Source: Penicillus capitatus (Eukaryota > Plantae > Chlorophyta). From it: DNA of 64,000 bases. Under the pieces are notes generated by a model. The model was not told where the DNA came from. It saw only the letters and a program-made list of their open reading frames with translations, and did no database searches. Location: contig OZ287697.1 of NCBI GenBank assembly GCA_965649825.1, forward strand, positions 1,660,351-1,724,350, in the 5' to 3' direction. Shown piece after piece: positions 50,301 through 62,862 of this stretch. A program made the position numbers and the translations under genes. Positions within the stretch are counted from its first letter, which is position 1. The number at the start of each line of letters is the position of its first letter.

Positions 50301-51105
50301 GGAATTTGATCCTTTGTGCCAAGCCAATCGTTTCTAATATACTGGATCACTACGACTCGGAAGATGGCAGAAGTTTTCAACTTTACGAGGTCGTTTATAG
50401 TTATCCAACGAAGTTAGATGGCCCATGTTTTGTTTTATCTGTTGGGCGACGTCATGCCCGTTATGAAAAACGTTATAATGCTCGTCTTTAGCTGAACGAC
50501 ACGATTGTAATTCTTCTGCAAAAGCTTTCGGCTCTTGGCGTCCTCTTTCCTTCATCACACCTGTTGTCTTCTTCGTCAACTGTGGAATTCTTTTCACTGA
50601 TTCTTTTCTGAAACGTCGGTAACGCCCAGCAGTCGCGGACACCTGTGCATATGTCTGTTTCATCGTGACATTCTTAGTAACGAAAGACATCGAAGCTCGA
50701 ATGTCGCTGCCAGGATTTTGTCTGGTATCCAACTCCAGAAATCTGTGATCGCCTTCAATGTGCTCGTCGTCGGAGGGATTCTCTCTTTGTAGTCTCAACA
50801 CCTGCATTGATTCTGTCAAGCGTTTGACTTTGCTAGCGATCTATCATAGTCAAATTCGCAGTTCGAGGCGTAGATGATCAATTCGCCGATGGCGACGAGA
50901 GCAGCGTAAGCACAACATCTTTTCGTCAAGTCAATTCAACAACAATCGTCATGTCACGAAGAGAGACATGCGACCATCTCTTCACGACAGCCCTCATAAA
51001 CTAACATGATAGCACGCAAAGCTAGGAGGATGTAAAGTCCGTCATGAGTAAGAAAACTTCCTACTCAGCTTGAAATAAGAAGAATGTAGAACGGACAAAA
51101 AAAGT

Positions 51106-54100
51106 TTATATGCCGGAACAGATACTTGAAAGGTCATCAAACTTCGAAAACCCAAGAAACTCAGCCACACTTCGAATCTTAAAGAGCAACCAGATTCTCA
51201 GCACATGTAACGTTCTGGCATCGGAATCCACGATGGTTTCGCTCTCGCTCAAGGAGAGCCTAACATAGGCAACAAAGTAACAAAAAAGAAACGATAGCAG
51301 AACGGTGAGAGTCGTGATGTTGAGGAAAACACACAGAACTGAGATAGCTAACCGACCAGCGTCAATGGTGAGACTCTCACTCTTCAGCGTGGTTGCAAGC
51401 AGTGTCGTCAGGAGCGACACGAACAGAGAGAATATGTCGATTCTGTTCAGCTCATCGAAACTTTGCTGATAAGGCATTGCCACCGTCTGCGCACCCATGG
51501 CAAGCGCCAGGAATAAGGCAGCTCCGATGATAGGCAGCGAGCTGTCGAAGCGATGACTGCAAAACACCAGAAAAGCGATCCCTGCCTTCCTCGCGACAAT
51601 AGCAACCTCCCAGTACCGACGACGTCCATCTCTGTAGCTGCGGTAGAGGAACCCCATGGTCTGATAGATCCAGTCATCTGTGTCCTTGAGCTGTTCTTCT
51701 GAGAATCCGAGGATGACGATGAAGGCGATCAGCAACCCACCGTAGACAATACCAACAAACGTGATAATCAAAATCACCAGCATCATGTGGTCCCCTTCGA
51801 AACACTTCAAACTGGTATCAACGGCCCAGTAGCTAACCATCACCCCTTCCGTAGCATTTACGATCTCGCCACTATTCTCCCCAGTCGCATCCAGGGTGTT
51901 GTAGGCATTGATACAGAGGACAATGCTGAGAGTTGTTTTGATCACAGGAACTGATGTGACGTACCAGAGAGCCACTAGAGACAACAGAGATCTCTGCACG
52001 ATGTAATGGATCGGCCGGCGGATTTGATGAAAGAGTGCAATTGTGATCCAGAACATCATGAACAGCAGGAACACAGATGCAGGAACAAGACAGACGCTCA
52101 CGATAGAGGCCCATACAGTTGGATGCAGTGACTGATCCTCTCCGCCCAGACAAACCACAGAACGTCGGATGCTATCCACTGCGAGTCCTCCAAGGAACTC
52201 TGCACAGCACACAACGATGGAGGGTGGAAACGTGTTGTCAGCTTTCGCAGATGCGGACCTGATATCTCTGCCATGACAAGTATAGGAACTGCCCATCCGA
52301 CATCCAGTGATGCGATCAATACTGTCATCTGAACGTAGTTCAACATTATCTGCAACGAAGACTGTCAGTTTCACGAAGGCGACGGAGCTTCGCACCTTAA
52401 ACATTTCGACCGCCTTCCAGTGTGCCATGGTCATTTCAGTAACGGTCAGCCGTTCGTGCAATTCATTCGTATCCTGGGCTTTTGGTGACTCCTGAAACAA
52501 CTGCCTTTCTGATGCTTCTACCTCGCATGGAAGTGGAAGGTTATCAAGTTGAATGCTGCGAGGATTTTTTCTTTCGCCGGAGAGCATCGTCAATCTTTTG
52601 CTTACCGTACTAATTGTCCCTCTGATTGTAACGGCAGACAAGATAAATAAGATCACTGCCGCAGAGCAAATCGTCATGAAGTTGCCCGATGCTGTCGGGC
52701 ATTCTTCACATCTGGAAAACACGGAGGATCCATAAGAGGTGTTGCATGCTCCACAGAGAGGACCAGCGTGACCCTGGATCAGAAAACATAACTATAGTTC
52801 AGAAGATAGGATGAGCGACGAACTAATCACTCGCCTCAGCACACTGCTCTTGCTGATACTTCTCAATTGTGGTCTCGTTGATGTCGCAGCTCTTCACGTT
52901 CCTCGTCAGATTTGTCAATCTCTCAACCCGGTCGTCGAATTTGCATGCATAGGAGGTCAGGCACCTCGTGATGTTGACTGAACAGGGTGACGCGTGCCAG
53001 TACCCATCATTCGGAATGACCACTCTTGTCGTACAGTTTCCATTCTCGGGACAGGGCTGACATTCTTCTCCTTCCGGATCGAAGTTATAGGTAGAGCTGC
53101 TGCAATTGTTGCAGATCTTGGTTTCACCAACAGGCACCTCTCCAATGGTGCAGTCGCGAACGTGAACGATGATGGTGAATGAATCGATGACTTCTCTTTT
53201 GTCAGCATCTTCAAGATCTGTTTTATGGAACTGTTCACGAAAAGAGTAACTGTCAGCGAATCTAATTGTCATGTTGTAGATGCCTGGAAGTCCAAAGCCG
53301 ATCACGTGAGGAAATTTGGCAGTCTGTCCTTCCACGGACAGAGAAGAACTACCAACTTGAAACCCTTCTGATGTTGACAATTCGGCGATGATTCTCTGAT
53401 TGAAAAAGTCGATGGTCGCCGGACCCTGTTTCAGTTCATCCAGCAATTCCACTGACAGCCTTGGAAGCTGGTTGCCACCGACATAGTCTGGAATTTCGAA
53501 TCCTTCTCCAGTCACGACTTCTGTTTTCTCTCCTTTGTACTCGACAGTCATCTTGGCCATCGTGGCCAACGTAGCAACAACCTGCCCGTAGATGCCAGCA
53601 GAATTGTTTTTCCATGTAGGACAGAGAGCCGTGTCGGGTGTAATACGGTTCAAAGAACTCAGGTCCTTCTCTCCAAGGAATGTCAGATTGGCATTTTCAG
53701 ATGACGAGTTGCACTGAAATCTGGTGTTCTCCAAACAGTTTGCAAAGATTGCTCCTCCAGCATGAGTGGCATTGTTTCCTTCGAATTGAGTGTCAATGAT
53801 TGCTGCAGCAGTACATTCATATCCGTTCTCCAACGATCGTGGATAGTATACCTCGTCTAAATAAAGACCCCCTACAAAACAAACCAATAAAGATGCTCCG
53901 TTGGTGCATGTTTTAGTAGATTCACCGCCGAATTCCGCACTATTGTTTATTATTCTGCTCTCCTGTATTTGCATAACAGATCTGCGGCGTCCGTATCTAG
54001 CGATCGAAATGGCACCTCCGCTACCAAGCAAGGCCTTGTTCGAAACAAGAAGGCAGTTTGTGCACAGGAATTCAGAATCTTCTGCTTCTACTGCTCCTCC

Positions 54101-56230
54101 ACTTAAGCTTGCTGTGCAGTTTGACACGTTCAAGTCCTTTGCCTTTAAGATAGAATCGTTCAAGTAGATCGCTCCGCCCAGTTCTGCGGATCCATTTGTC
54201 ATCGTTGTATATGTCACCAAAACTGAGCTGTGATGCGTCGCGGATAGAAAGCCACCACTGTACTCGTCATAGGGCCCAGTACCAGATCCAACACCTCTGA
54301 ATCTTGCGTTATGAATAATCAATGTTGCATTATTCGCAAAGATGGCGCATCCTTCCTCATCAACCAAATTGTTCACAAAGGTCACATTGAAGAACCTTCC
54401 CACAGAGTTCTCACTCTGTTCGACTGCTCCTCCCCTAAGACTGGCGCCGTTCTTGAATACTGAGTTGTGTACGGTAAGGTTGGATTCTGAAGTGATCGAT
54501 ACACTGCCACCACCTCCGCGATTTGCACGATTTCCGTCAGCAGTCAGTTCATACGCAATGACGTGTGAGTCGACCGAATAGATTGCTCCGCCAGACTTTT
54601 TAGCTCTGTTCGACAAAAAGCGACAGGAGTCGATCGTCAAGGAACTTTTATTCCGTAGACAGATGGCACCATTCATCCCAGCTTTGTTGCTCTGGAACGT
54701 GCAATTTGTGAGAGTGGCGTTCGATATTCGAGCGTTGATCGCCACACCATAACTTGCTTCGTTCTCTTCGAAACTGCAGTCACGGATGAAAGCAGATGTG
54801 TCTTTCATCTTGATACAGGCACTGATGGAGTCGTCTTCCTCACCACTTGCCGAATTCTTCGTAAAGTTACTGCTTGACAGATCGAAGGAACCTCCTTCGA
54901 CTTCGAATATGGTACAACTATTCTCGAGAGCACTGATGTTGTCGGCAGATGTCGAAGATCGAGGAGGTGCCCAAATGATCGCCGACCGGGAAGATAAGGA
55001 AGGTATCGATCGATAATGTTCCACGGAAAGGTTCTGAAGTCCATTCTCTTCGGTCAGAAGCAGATCGTTGACTCCATTGAGCGATGATATTCGTCGATTC
55101 TGTCTGATAGTGATGTTCTGGAGCCTGTTCTCTTTGCTCAGAAGAAGACCGCAGACTCCATTGCAGATATTCCTTTGGAAGTCGAAATCTTCAATCTCCA
55201 GTTTTGAGCAGGATAACGCGTTTGCTTGGATGGCAACTGCTCCACCAAGAAAACGATTTTCTCTGAAACCGATGCGATGCAACCGAACGGTTCCGATGTC
55301 TTGTTCAGAGTCGCACTTCTCGAAGCCGATGACAGATTCCAATGCGCCAGAAACGACGAACAAGCATCCTTCTACGACAAGGTCTGTCATAGTGACATTA
55401 GTGGTACTAAAAACAGATGCGTTTAACGTCATCAAGACAGGTGGAGTATGCACTTACCGTAGAGAAAACAGTCCTTCGTTCATCTGCGGACAGGTGAGGA
55501 TGGTTCGCTTTTCAGAGGCAGAAATCTCGACGTCGTCCTGCTCTCCTCCCCTGATGTAGCCGTTGATCGTCAGCGGCCATGGAATGACGGTGCGAGAGGG
55601 AGGCCGGATCGTCTTCGCGGTGTCGAGCAGAAGCACGTCTCCCGGTCGAGAACAGTTAACGACGACCTGGAGATCGTTTTCGATCTCGTCGAGGACTGTC
55701 GAGTTGAGCAACCACTCTCTTGTCTTGGCCTTCAGATAACGGCGACGCCTCTCCTTCGATAGATGACAGGCGGTTTCTATAGAAAACGTTACAGTACAGT
55801 CATCGATGCGATGCGACGTGACTGCGAAAGGAATGGACCTGCTGTCGTCTCGGAGTCTGGGTTGATGTTCACTTGGCGAAGGGTGCGCGCATCTCTTCTT
55901 CCCTAGGCGCCGGAAAAGGATCCTCTCCACGCTCCTTTTGCGAAAAAGTAGACGTACCGAAAGCGCCAGGGTCTTCTTCAATGATACAGACTTGGTATTT
56001 GAAACGTGCACGTCAGGCTTTTCGTTTGCTTCTGCGAAGTCGATGACGAAGCACTGTGTTGCCAACAAAACAGTAGTAATTAAAGCCATAATCTTGCCGA
56101 CAGTCGCTGTTGTCATTGCATGCCTTGTATACGTTAACCCTCGGTGCACCAACGCGCTTTCGGCGATAACGCCGAAAGCAATACTCACAACCGAGAGGAC
56201 CGAAAAACCCGGTTCGGTCTTCGCTGGCAT
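51106..56230 (-). CDS. Receptor-like paralogue C (A/B subfamily, fewer repeats)
   Basis: ORFs 55454..56230, 52823..55453 and 51106..52722 are colinear with A/B. The model needs GC donors at 56097 and 52834. Confidence 0.8.
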
Positions 56231-57148
56231 GTTGTTTCCGGTGCAGTGACTACGACTTGTGCAGTGTACTCGGCCGATGCGAAACGAATAGCTGCTGTAC
56301 AGTACATGCAGATTTCCTTTGACACGGTTGGGGCGACTGGTGGTAACCTTTGTAGCATTATCTTAAGTCTGGCCGAAGTGACAGGCATTTAAGATGGATC
56401 ACTTTTTACCTAGCGTCCGCGTGATAAGACGACTCAATTTCGAAGGATTTCCATAAATCACGTTTTAAAGTAGATTGCAAACTGTCTGTTTAGATTAAAC
56501 TTGCGTCCGCTCCTTTCTTCGAAGCTACATCTCAAGCGCGCATCGGCTCGATTTTTCGATATCTCACAAGTCCGGATATCAACCGTTGGATAGGTATTGA
56601 ACAGTACTGTACAAAAAAACTACAGACAGAGTTTGAAATCTCTGTCTGTGTAGTGCTCTTTTCGCATTTCACTTTCCAGTGTGGCTTCCTTCCTCTGGCG
56701 TTTCAAGAACGGATTTCAGCGCTTCGGTTTAGAGAAGTCCACGAAAATGATTCACGTACTGTGTGGCTCGGGAAAACAAAGACTGCGAAGCGACATCCAG
56801 GATCGATGTCCTCGTATACCACTCGCGTTAGTATTACCCGTACGCACGCCGTTTCTCGCCTCGGATTATCCAATTTTCTCATCGAGTTTTCGAAGGACAC
56901 GTCGCTGTCACCTCGACGCGAGCATCGCTTGCTGGAAGGCAAAGTCGATTGCGGGTTCGATGGCGGAAGCGCGAGAGAACGTATCGGTGAGACCCCTTCG
57001 TCAAGTCACGTTCACAGTTTGGTTTGATGCCAGAAAGACCTGTTGCATCTTCCCTGATCCACACGCGTGTGTCTTACACGCCAAATGTCAAAAGCGAAGC
57101 ATTTGAGCTCTGCTTGACAAGAAGAAAACGGTGCTAGCAAGACAGTAC

Positions 57149-60100
57149 TTATGTACCAAAAGAGTGAGAGGGATGTTTGTCACACTTGAGAAATCCTAGA
57201 AAGCCAATGACACGCTTAAGGTCAGAGCGCAACCAGATTCTATAGACTCTCAAGGTTCCGGCGTCCGAATCAGAGAGTGTTCCTTTATCCCTGAGGACGA
57301 CCTTCAAGTATTCGGCAGCATAGACCAAAAGAAAGGAACCAAGAACAACAAACGTGATGACGTTGATCAAACCGCACAAGAGTGAGATGGTCAGTCGGGC
57401 CCAGTCGTTGACGAAACTGTCACTTTTCAACATCGAAGCAAGAAGTGTGGTCAAGAGTGACACGAAAAGTGAGAATGCGTCGATCCTGTTCAGTGCATCA
57501 AACCTCTTTCTGTAGGGCGATGCCACGATCTGCACTCCGATGGCCAGGGAGAAGAAGAGCGCCGCTCCGATAACGGGTAATGGATTGTCGAAGCGATGGG
57601 CGCAGAAGACCAGAAAAGCGATCCCGGCCTTCCTTGCTACGATAACAACCTCCCAGTACCGACGCTTCCCATGCCGGTAGCTCCGATAAAGGAACCCCAT
57701 GGACTGGTAGATCCAGCCATCGGTATCGTTCAGCCGCTCTTCCGAGGACCCAAGGATGGCGATGAAGGCGATCAGCAGCCCGCCATAGACGATGCCGACG
57801 AACGACAGGATGAGGATGGCCAGCATTAAGTGATCCCCTTCGAAGCACTTCAAACTGGTATCAACGGCCCAGTAGCTTATCTCTTTCTCTCCGTCTGTCG
57901 CATCCAGGACGTTGTGGGCGTTGACGCACAGGACGGTGCTGAGTGCTGTCTTGATGACTGGCACAGAAGTGATGTACCAGAGGACCATGATGGTCAGGAG
58001 CATTCTCTTGGCAAGGTAACGGAACGGTTTTTCGACACCGCAACGAATAGCTGCCGCTATCCAGAAGAGTGCGAGCAGCAGCAAGACGAAGGCCGGAACA
58101 ATACAGACACTCACGATGGACGCCCACACTGTCTTATGCAAACGTGCGTCTTCGCTGGCCAAGCAGATCGCAGAATGCTGAATACTGTCTATGGCGAGTC
58201 CACCGAAGAACTCTGTATCGAACGACAGAGACTTGGATCAGAAACGATGCGACACAAGCATGTGTACCTGCGGTTTCTGCCATGATGAGGACAGAAATCT
58301 CCCATCCAACGTCCAGAGAGGCGAGAAGCACCGTCAAGCTCAGGAAGTTCAGTGTGATCTGCCAAACAGTTTGTCAGGATCAAGCGCTCGGCAGAGTGTC
58401 GCACCTTGAACATCTCCACTGTCTTCCACAGTGCCAGCGTTTTTTCTGTGGCAGGTAGCCCTTCTGCCTGTTCGTTTTTTGCAGAGTCGTCTCGCCTGTC
58501 CACAGGGGAACGTGCTTTCCGTCTCCTGCTCTTTCTGTTCGATGAAGCGACGGGAGACATTTCGATGCAGTGGGCGGTACTGTCCTTGCTGGAGAGCGTG
58601 GTCTGTTTCTCCTTTGCCACAGTCAAGTTCCCTCTGATCGTTACGCACGACAATGCCGCAAGAACCAACACCGAAACACAAATCACTGCCACATCGCCGA
58701 CAACGGGTCGACACTTCCTGCACCTGGAGGAGAGGGAGCTACCGTACGAGCTCACACACGATCCGCACAATGGGCCACAGTGTCCCTGGAGAAAACAAGC
58801 CCTTGTCAACCACATCCCAGATGATCATACAGATCTCTCACTCTAGTGCACTGCACCTCTTGGTACTCTTTGATCAACCCATGGCTCACATCGCAGTTCT
58901 CGATGTCCCCTGTCACGTTCCTCAGTTTTTCGGAACGCCCTTTGAAGTTGCAGGCATGGGAAGTGAGACATCGCTTGATGTGCACGGAACAGGGGGTAGC
59001 TAGCCAGTAGCCATCTTCCGGTAGGATCGCACTCGTCTCGCAGTCGCCGTTCTCGGGACAGGGACGACACTTGCCTGCTTTCGGATCGAAATTGTACATG
59101 GAGCTGCTGCACGGTGTGCAGAGCTTTATTTCCCCCACTGCCATTTCGCCAATCGTACAGTTTCGCACCACCACAGTCATCGTCAGTTCTCTGATGGCCT
59201 TTTCACTGAACGCAACTGTCATGTTATAGACATCTGGAGGTCCAAAGCCGACCATCGGAGGGAAGGTGATGTTGCCTTGCGGCATTCGCACAGAGATATT
59301 GCTGACCCCGAATGTATCTGGGGTGGAGAGCTTGGCAACAACCACCCGATGACCAATCGCAGGTGTCTGTTGGAGTGAATCGATCAACATCACGTTGAGC
59401 GTTGGCAATAGACTGCCGCCAAGGTAGTTCTCCAATACGTGCACTTCGCCACTCGCAATCTCTGCTCTCTTGTCCTTAGAATCGATGGCCATTCTCGCTT
59501 TGACGGCGAAGGATGCAACAGTCCGTCCGTAAAGCCCAGCCTGATTGCCTTTCCATGTTGCACAGAAATCGCGTTCGGATGCAAGGATGCGTGCCTGACT
59601 CAAGTCCGTTTCTTGGAGGAGTGTAACATCATCGTTCTCCAGAACGGGTGTGCAGCTGACTCGGATGGCCTCCAAACGGTCCACAAAAATCGCTCCTCCA
59701 GCAGATTTTGCAGAGTTTCCCTCGAAACGAGTGTCCGTGATCACTGCAAAGGAACATCTTTCGGCGTCATTCGGGCAATCTTCACCATTGAAACCACTCT
59801 GCCAGTAAAGTCCACCTAACAGGGCAGACTCAGTTAGTTGACTGCCTGGTTCTCTGGTAAAACACACCTCCTTTACGTGCTGTGTTGCGTGCCATCACAT
59901 TTCCTTGCAGCAGGAGAGCGAGTTTCTGCTTCCCATTGGACCTGAAGGCGATGCCACCGCCCTCTGTCATTGCTTCGTTTTCTCTGAAGCGGCAGTCGAT
60001 GCACTGGACGGTCGATCGCTTTGCTTTGATGCCTCCTCCCATCTTCGCTTCGCAGCGGAACACATCCAAACCCTTTGCTTCGAATGTTGTGTCGTTCAAA

Positions 60101-62862
60101 GCGATCGCTCCTCCATTGACAGCCCTTCCGCTTGTCATGGAAACGTTCTCCACGATCAGTGAACCATTTTGACTGACAACGATGAATCCGCCATGACGAA
60201 GAGCAAATCCATTGCTGAAGTGTGATTCTTGAATCTTCGCTGTCGCGTTACCAATAAATAAAGAACCACCGCTTTTATTAACGAAATTGCCTTTGAAAAT
60301 CACACGTGTCAAGCTTACCACGGAGCCGGATGCTATGTCTACTGCTCCTCCGAATAAAGCATTGTTGTTCTCAAACATCGAATCGTGAATAGTAAGATGA
60401 GACTCCCAATCGACAGAGACTCCTCCACCATACTCGCCAGCTTCATTTTTCGCCATTACGAGGCCCATCGCAGTGACATGGGATTTCAACAGACAGATAC
60501 CACCACCGGTGCCATCCACACGGCTTGATAGAACACTGGAATTGACCATCTTTGCAGACGCGTACAAGAGATCAGCTGCTCCGCCGTTGCCAAGACTCGA
60601 GCAATTGTGAAGAGTGGTCGATTCCAGCAGAAGATGCGCGTTCCTGAAGGCCAAACACCCACCATCATCCTTGACATGTCCATTGTCGAGTGTCGAGTAG
60701 TGCATGCGGACAAACGAATCTTCCACTGAGTGCACGAATCCTCCCTCCTCAGATGCTTCTCCATTTTTGAATGTGCATGATGTGAAGGACACAGCTGAAC
60801 CGGAAATGAAAACAGAACCACCGTAGGATTCTGCAGTGTTGTTGACAAAGGTGACGTGTGCAAAGCTTCCTGCCGCATCGACCCATCCACATCCGTTTGC
60901 TTCGTTCTTTTCTTCAAGGACTGGAACGGTGCATTTCTTGTTTCGGTGTCGATCTTGAACAAAAAGGCAATCCTGGACGACCAAAGCGCTACCGTTGGTG
61001 GCTGAGTTGTTGTCAAATTTGCAGTTGGCAATGGAAAAGACGGAGTGCTGTATCCACACAGCACCACCTCGGACAGCTGAATTCTTGATAAACGTGCTAT
61101 TGGCAATGAAAAGATCTGAGGCTTCGGTAAACACAGCGCCTCGTTCACCGCTCTTTTGTCGATTGTTGTTGTTCTTCAAGGCGGAATGTGATACTCTCAA
61201 TGACGAGGACCTGCCCACGTGCAGACAGCCACCAGTTAAACCAGCGTTGTTCTGGATACAGGTCAAGCGTCGTATACTGAGTTCGGATTTCTTTGCATCG
61301 ATTGCCCCTCCAGACTTTACGGCCCAATTGGAAAAGAAGAGAGAGGAGTGGAGAGTCAAGAAACTTCCATTCCGTAGAAGCACGGTCCCTTTAATCTTGG
61401 CCGCGTTGCTCCGGAACGTGCACTCCTTCAGAGTGATGTTCGATGCCTGTGCATTGATCGCTGCGCCGTAACTTGCTTTGTTTTCTTCAAAAGTGGAGTC
61501 TTGAATCAGGGCAGATGCGTCTTCGAGCTTGATGCAGGCGCTGGCGAAACGGTCTTTCACGACAGTTTCCGAATTCTTTGTGAAACTGCCGTTCGACAAA
61601 CGGAGAGAAGCTCCTTCTATCTCGAAGATCGGACAACTGTTGGCGAAAGCTCTGATCCGATCGACGGTTGCTGCGGATCGAGGAGGAGCTCGAACAATCA
61701 CGGATCCAGAGTTCGAAGACAGAATTGGTTCATTCTGTTCGATGGTGACGTTCCGAATCGTGTTTTCTTTGGCCAGAAGAAGACCGCAGACCCCGTTGCA
61801 GAAGTTTCCTCGGAAGTCGAAATCGTGTACCTCCACCGCTGAGCACGACGTGGCGTCTGCCTTGATGGCGGCGGCGCCATTGAGTCGATTGTCCCTGAAT
61901 TCGATGCGATGCAATCGAATGGTTCCTCTTGCGCGATCCGCGGTGCACTCCTCGACATCGACGATGGATTTTGCTGTGCCAGAAACGTCGTACAGGCATC
62001 CTTCGATGACAAAGTCTGTCAAGGTCACGTCGACGGCCCTACGTGTGAACGGTGCTGACATCGGTGCGACCGATGGAGCCAGCGCTTACCGAAATGTAAA
62101 CAGTCCCTCGTTCTTCTGAGGACAGGTGAGCACGGTTCGCTTGTCAGAGATAGAAACGTTGACGTCGTCGTGCTCCCCTCGCCGGACGTAGCCGTTCATC
62201 GTCAGTGGCCATGGAATAACGGTGCGCGAGGGAGGCCGGATCGTCTTCGTTATGTCGAGCAGCAGCAGCACGTCTCCTGGCCGAGAACAGTTGACGACGA
62301 GCTGAAGGTCGTTCTCTATGTCGTTGAGAACTTCCGAGTTCAATAACCACTCTCCAGAAGCGGCGTTCCGGTAACGGCGACGCTGCTCCGCTGACAGATG
62401 ACAGGCGACATCTGCGCAACGAAGATGGAACGTTTCAGTCGAGTCAGGAGGGCGCAGATCGAATGACGTTACCTGCCGTTTCCAGAGTCGTGAAAGATTC
62501 TTGGAGCAACGTACGATGACGCTCCCGTACCTACGCAAAAAATAAGCAGCTGTTATTACACCATTTCAGTCAACGGATGGCAGAACTCACGAAGTGTGTC
62601 AGCGTTTCGGTCTGGACTGCAGTGTCCAGTGGTAGAAGTTGGTCAGAACCTGTCCCATCTTCTGCGATAACACGAACAAAGAGTTTTGCTACAGGAAAAG
62701 TGTCTTCTTGCCAGAGAGCGACGCTGTCTGTGTCAACTGCAGCTGCGTCGACTCAGGGACGCCCAAGTCATCCGCGAGTACGCAGAGGATGATACTCATC
62801 ACTGACAGGCCGCAGAAGACAAGAGCACGTTTCTGACATAAGGGTGAAGAGAAAACCGCCAT
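57149..62862 (-). CDS. Receptor-like paralogue D (divergent); first exon(s) uncertain
   Basis: ORFs 62086..62538, 59830..62061, 58806..59867, 58189..58815 and 57149..58162 give the same domain order, with YWAVDTSLKCFEGDH and YWEVVIVARK. Signal-like start MAVFSSPLCQKRALVFCGLSVM at 62862. Confidence 0.75.

Noticed and set aside
56619-56654. Small hairpin actacagacagag-tttgaaat-ctctgtctgtgtagt upstream of receptor C
   Set aside because: Only a 9-bp perfect stem, single occurrence, with no TSD or partner copies seen; compatible with chance.
62689-62790. Apparent stop or frameshift in the first exon of receptor D
   Set aside because: A plausible 44-nt GT-AG intron (atg a|gtatca…cctgag|tc gac) restores the frame, so it cannot be called a lesion without cDNA.
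10949-62862. Bacterial (Chlamydia-type) Pmp autotransporter island or contaminant contig
   Set aside because: The genes have spliceosomal introns at shared positions, end in alpha-helical TM segments rather than an autotransporter beta-barrel, and are interleaved with eukaryotic genes (MUS81, EMC3).
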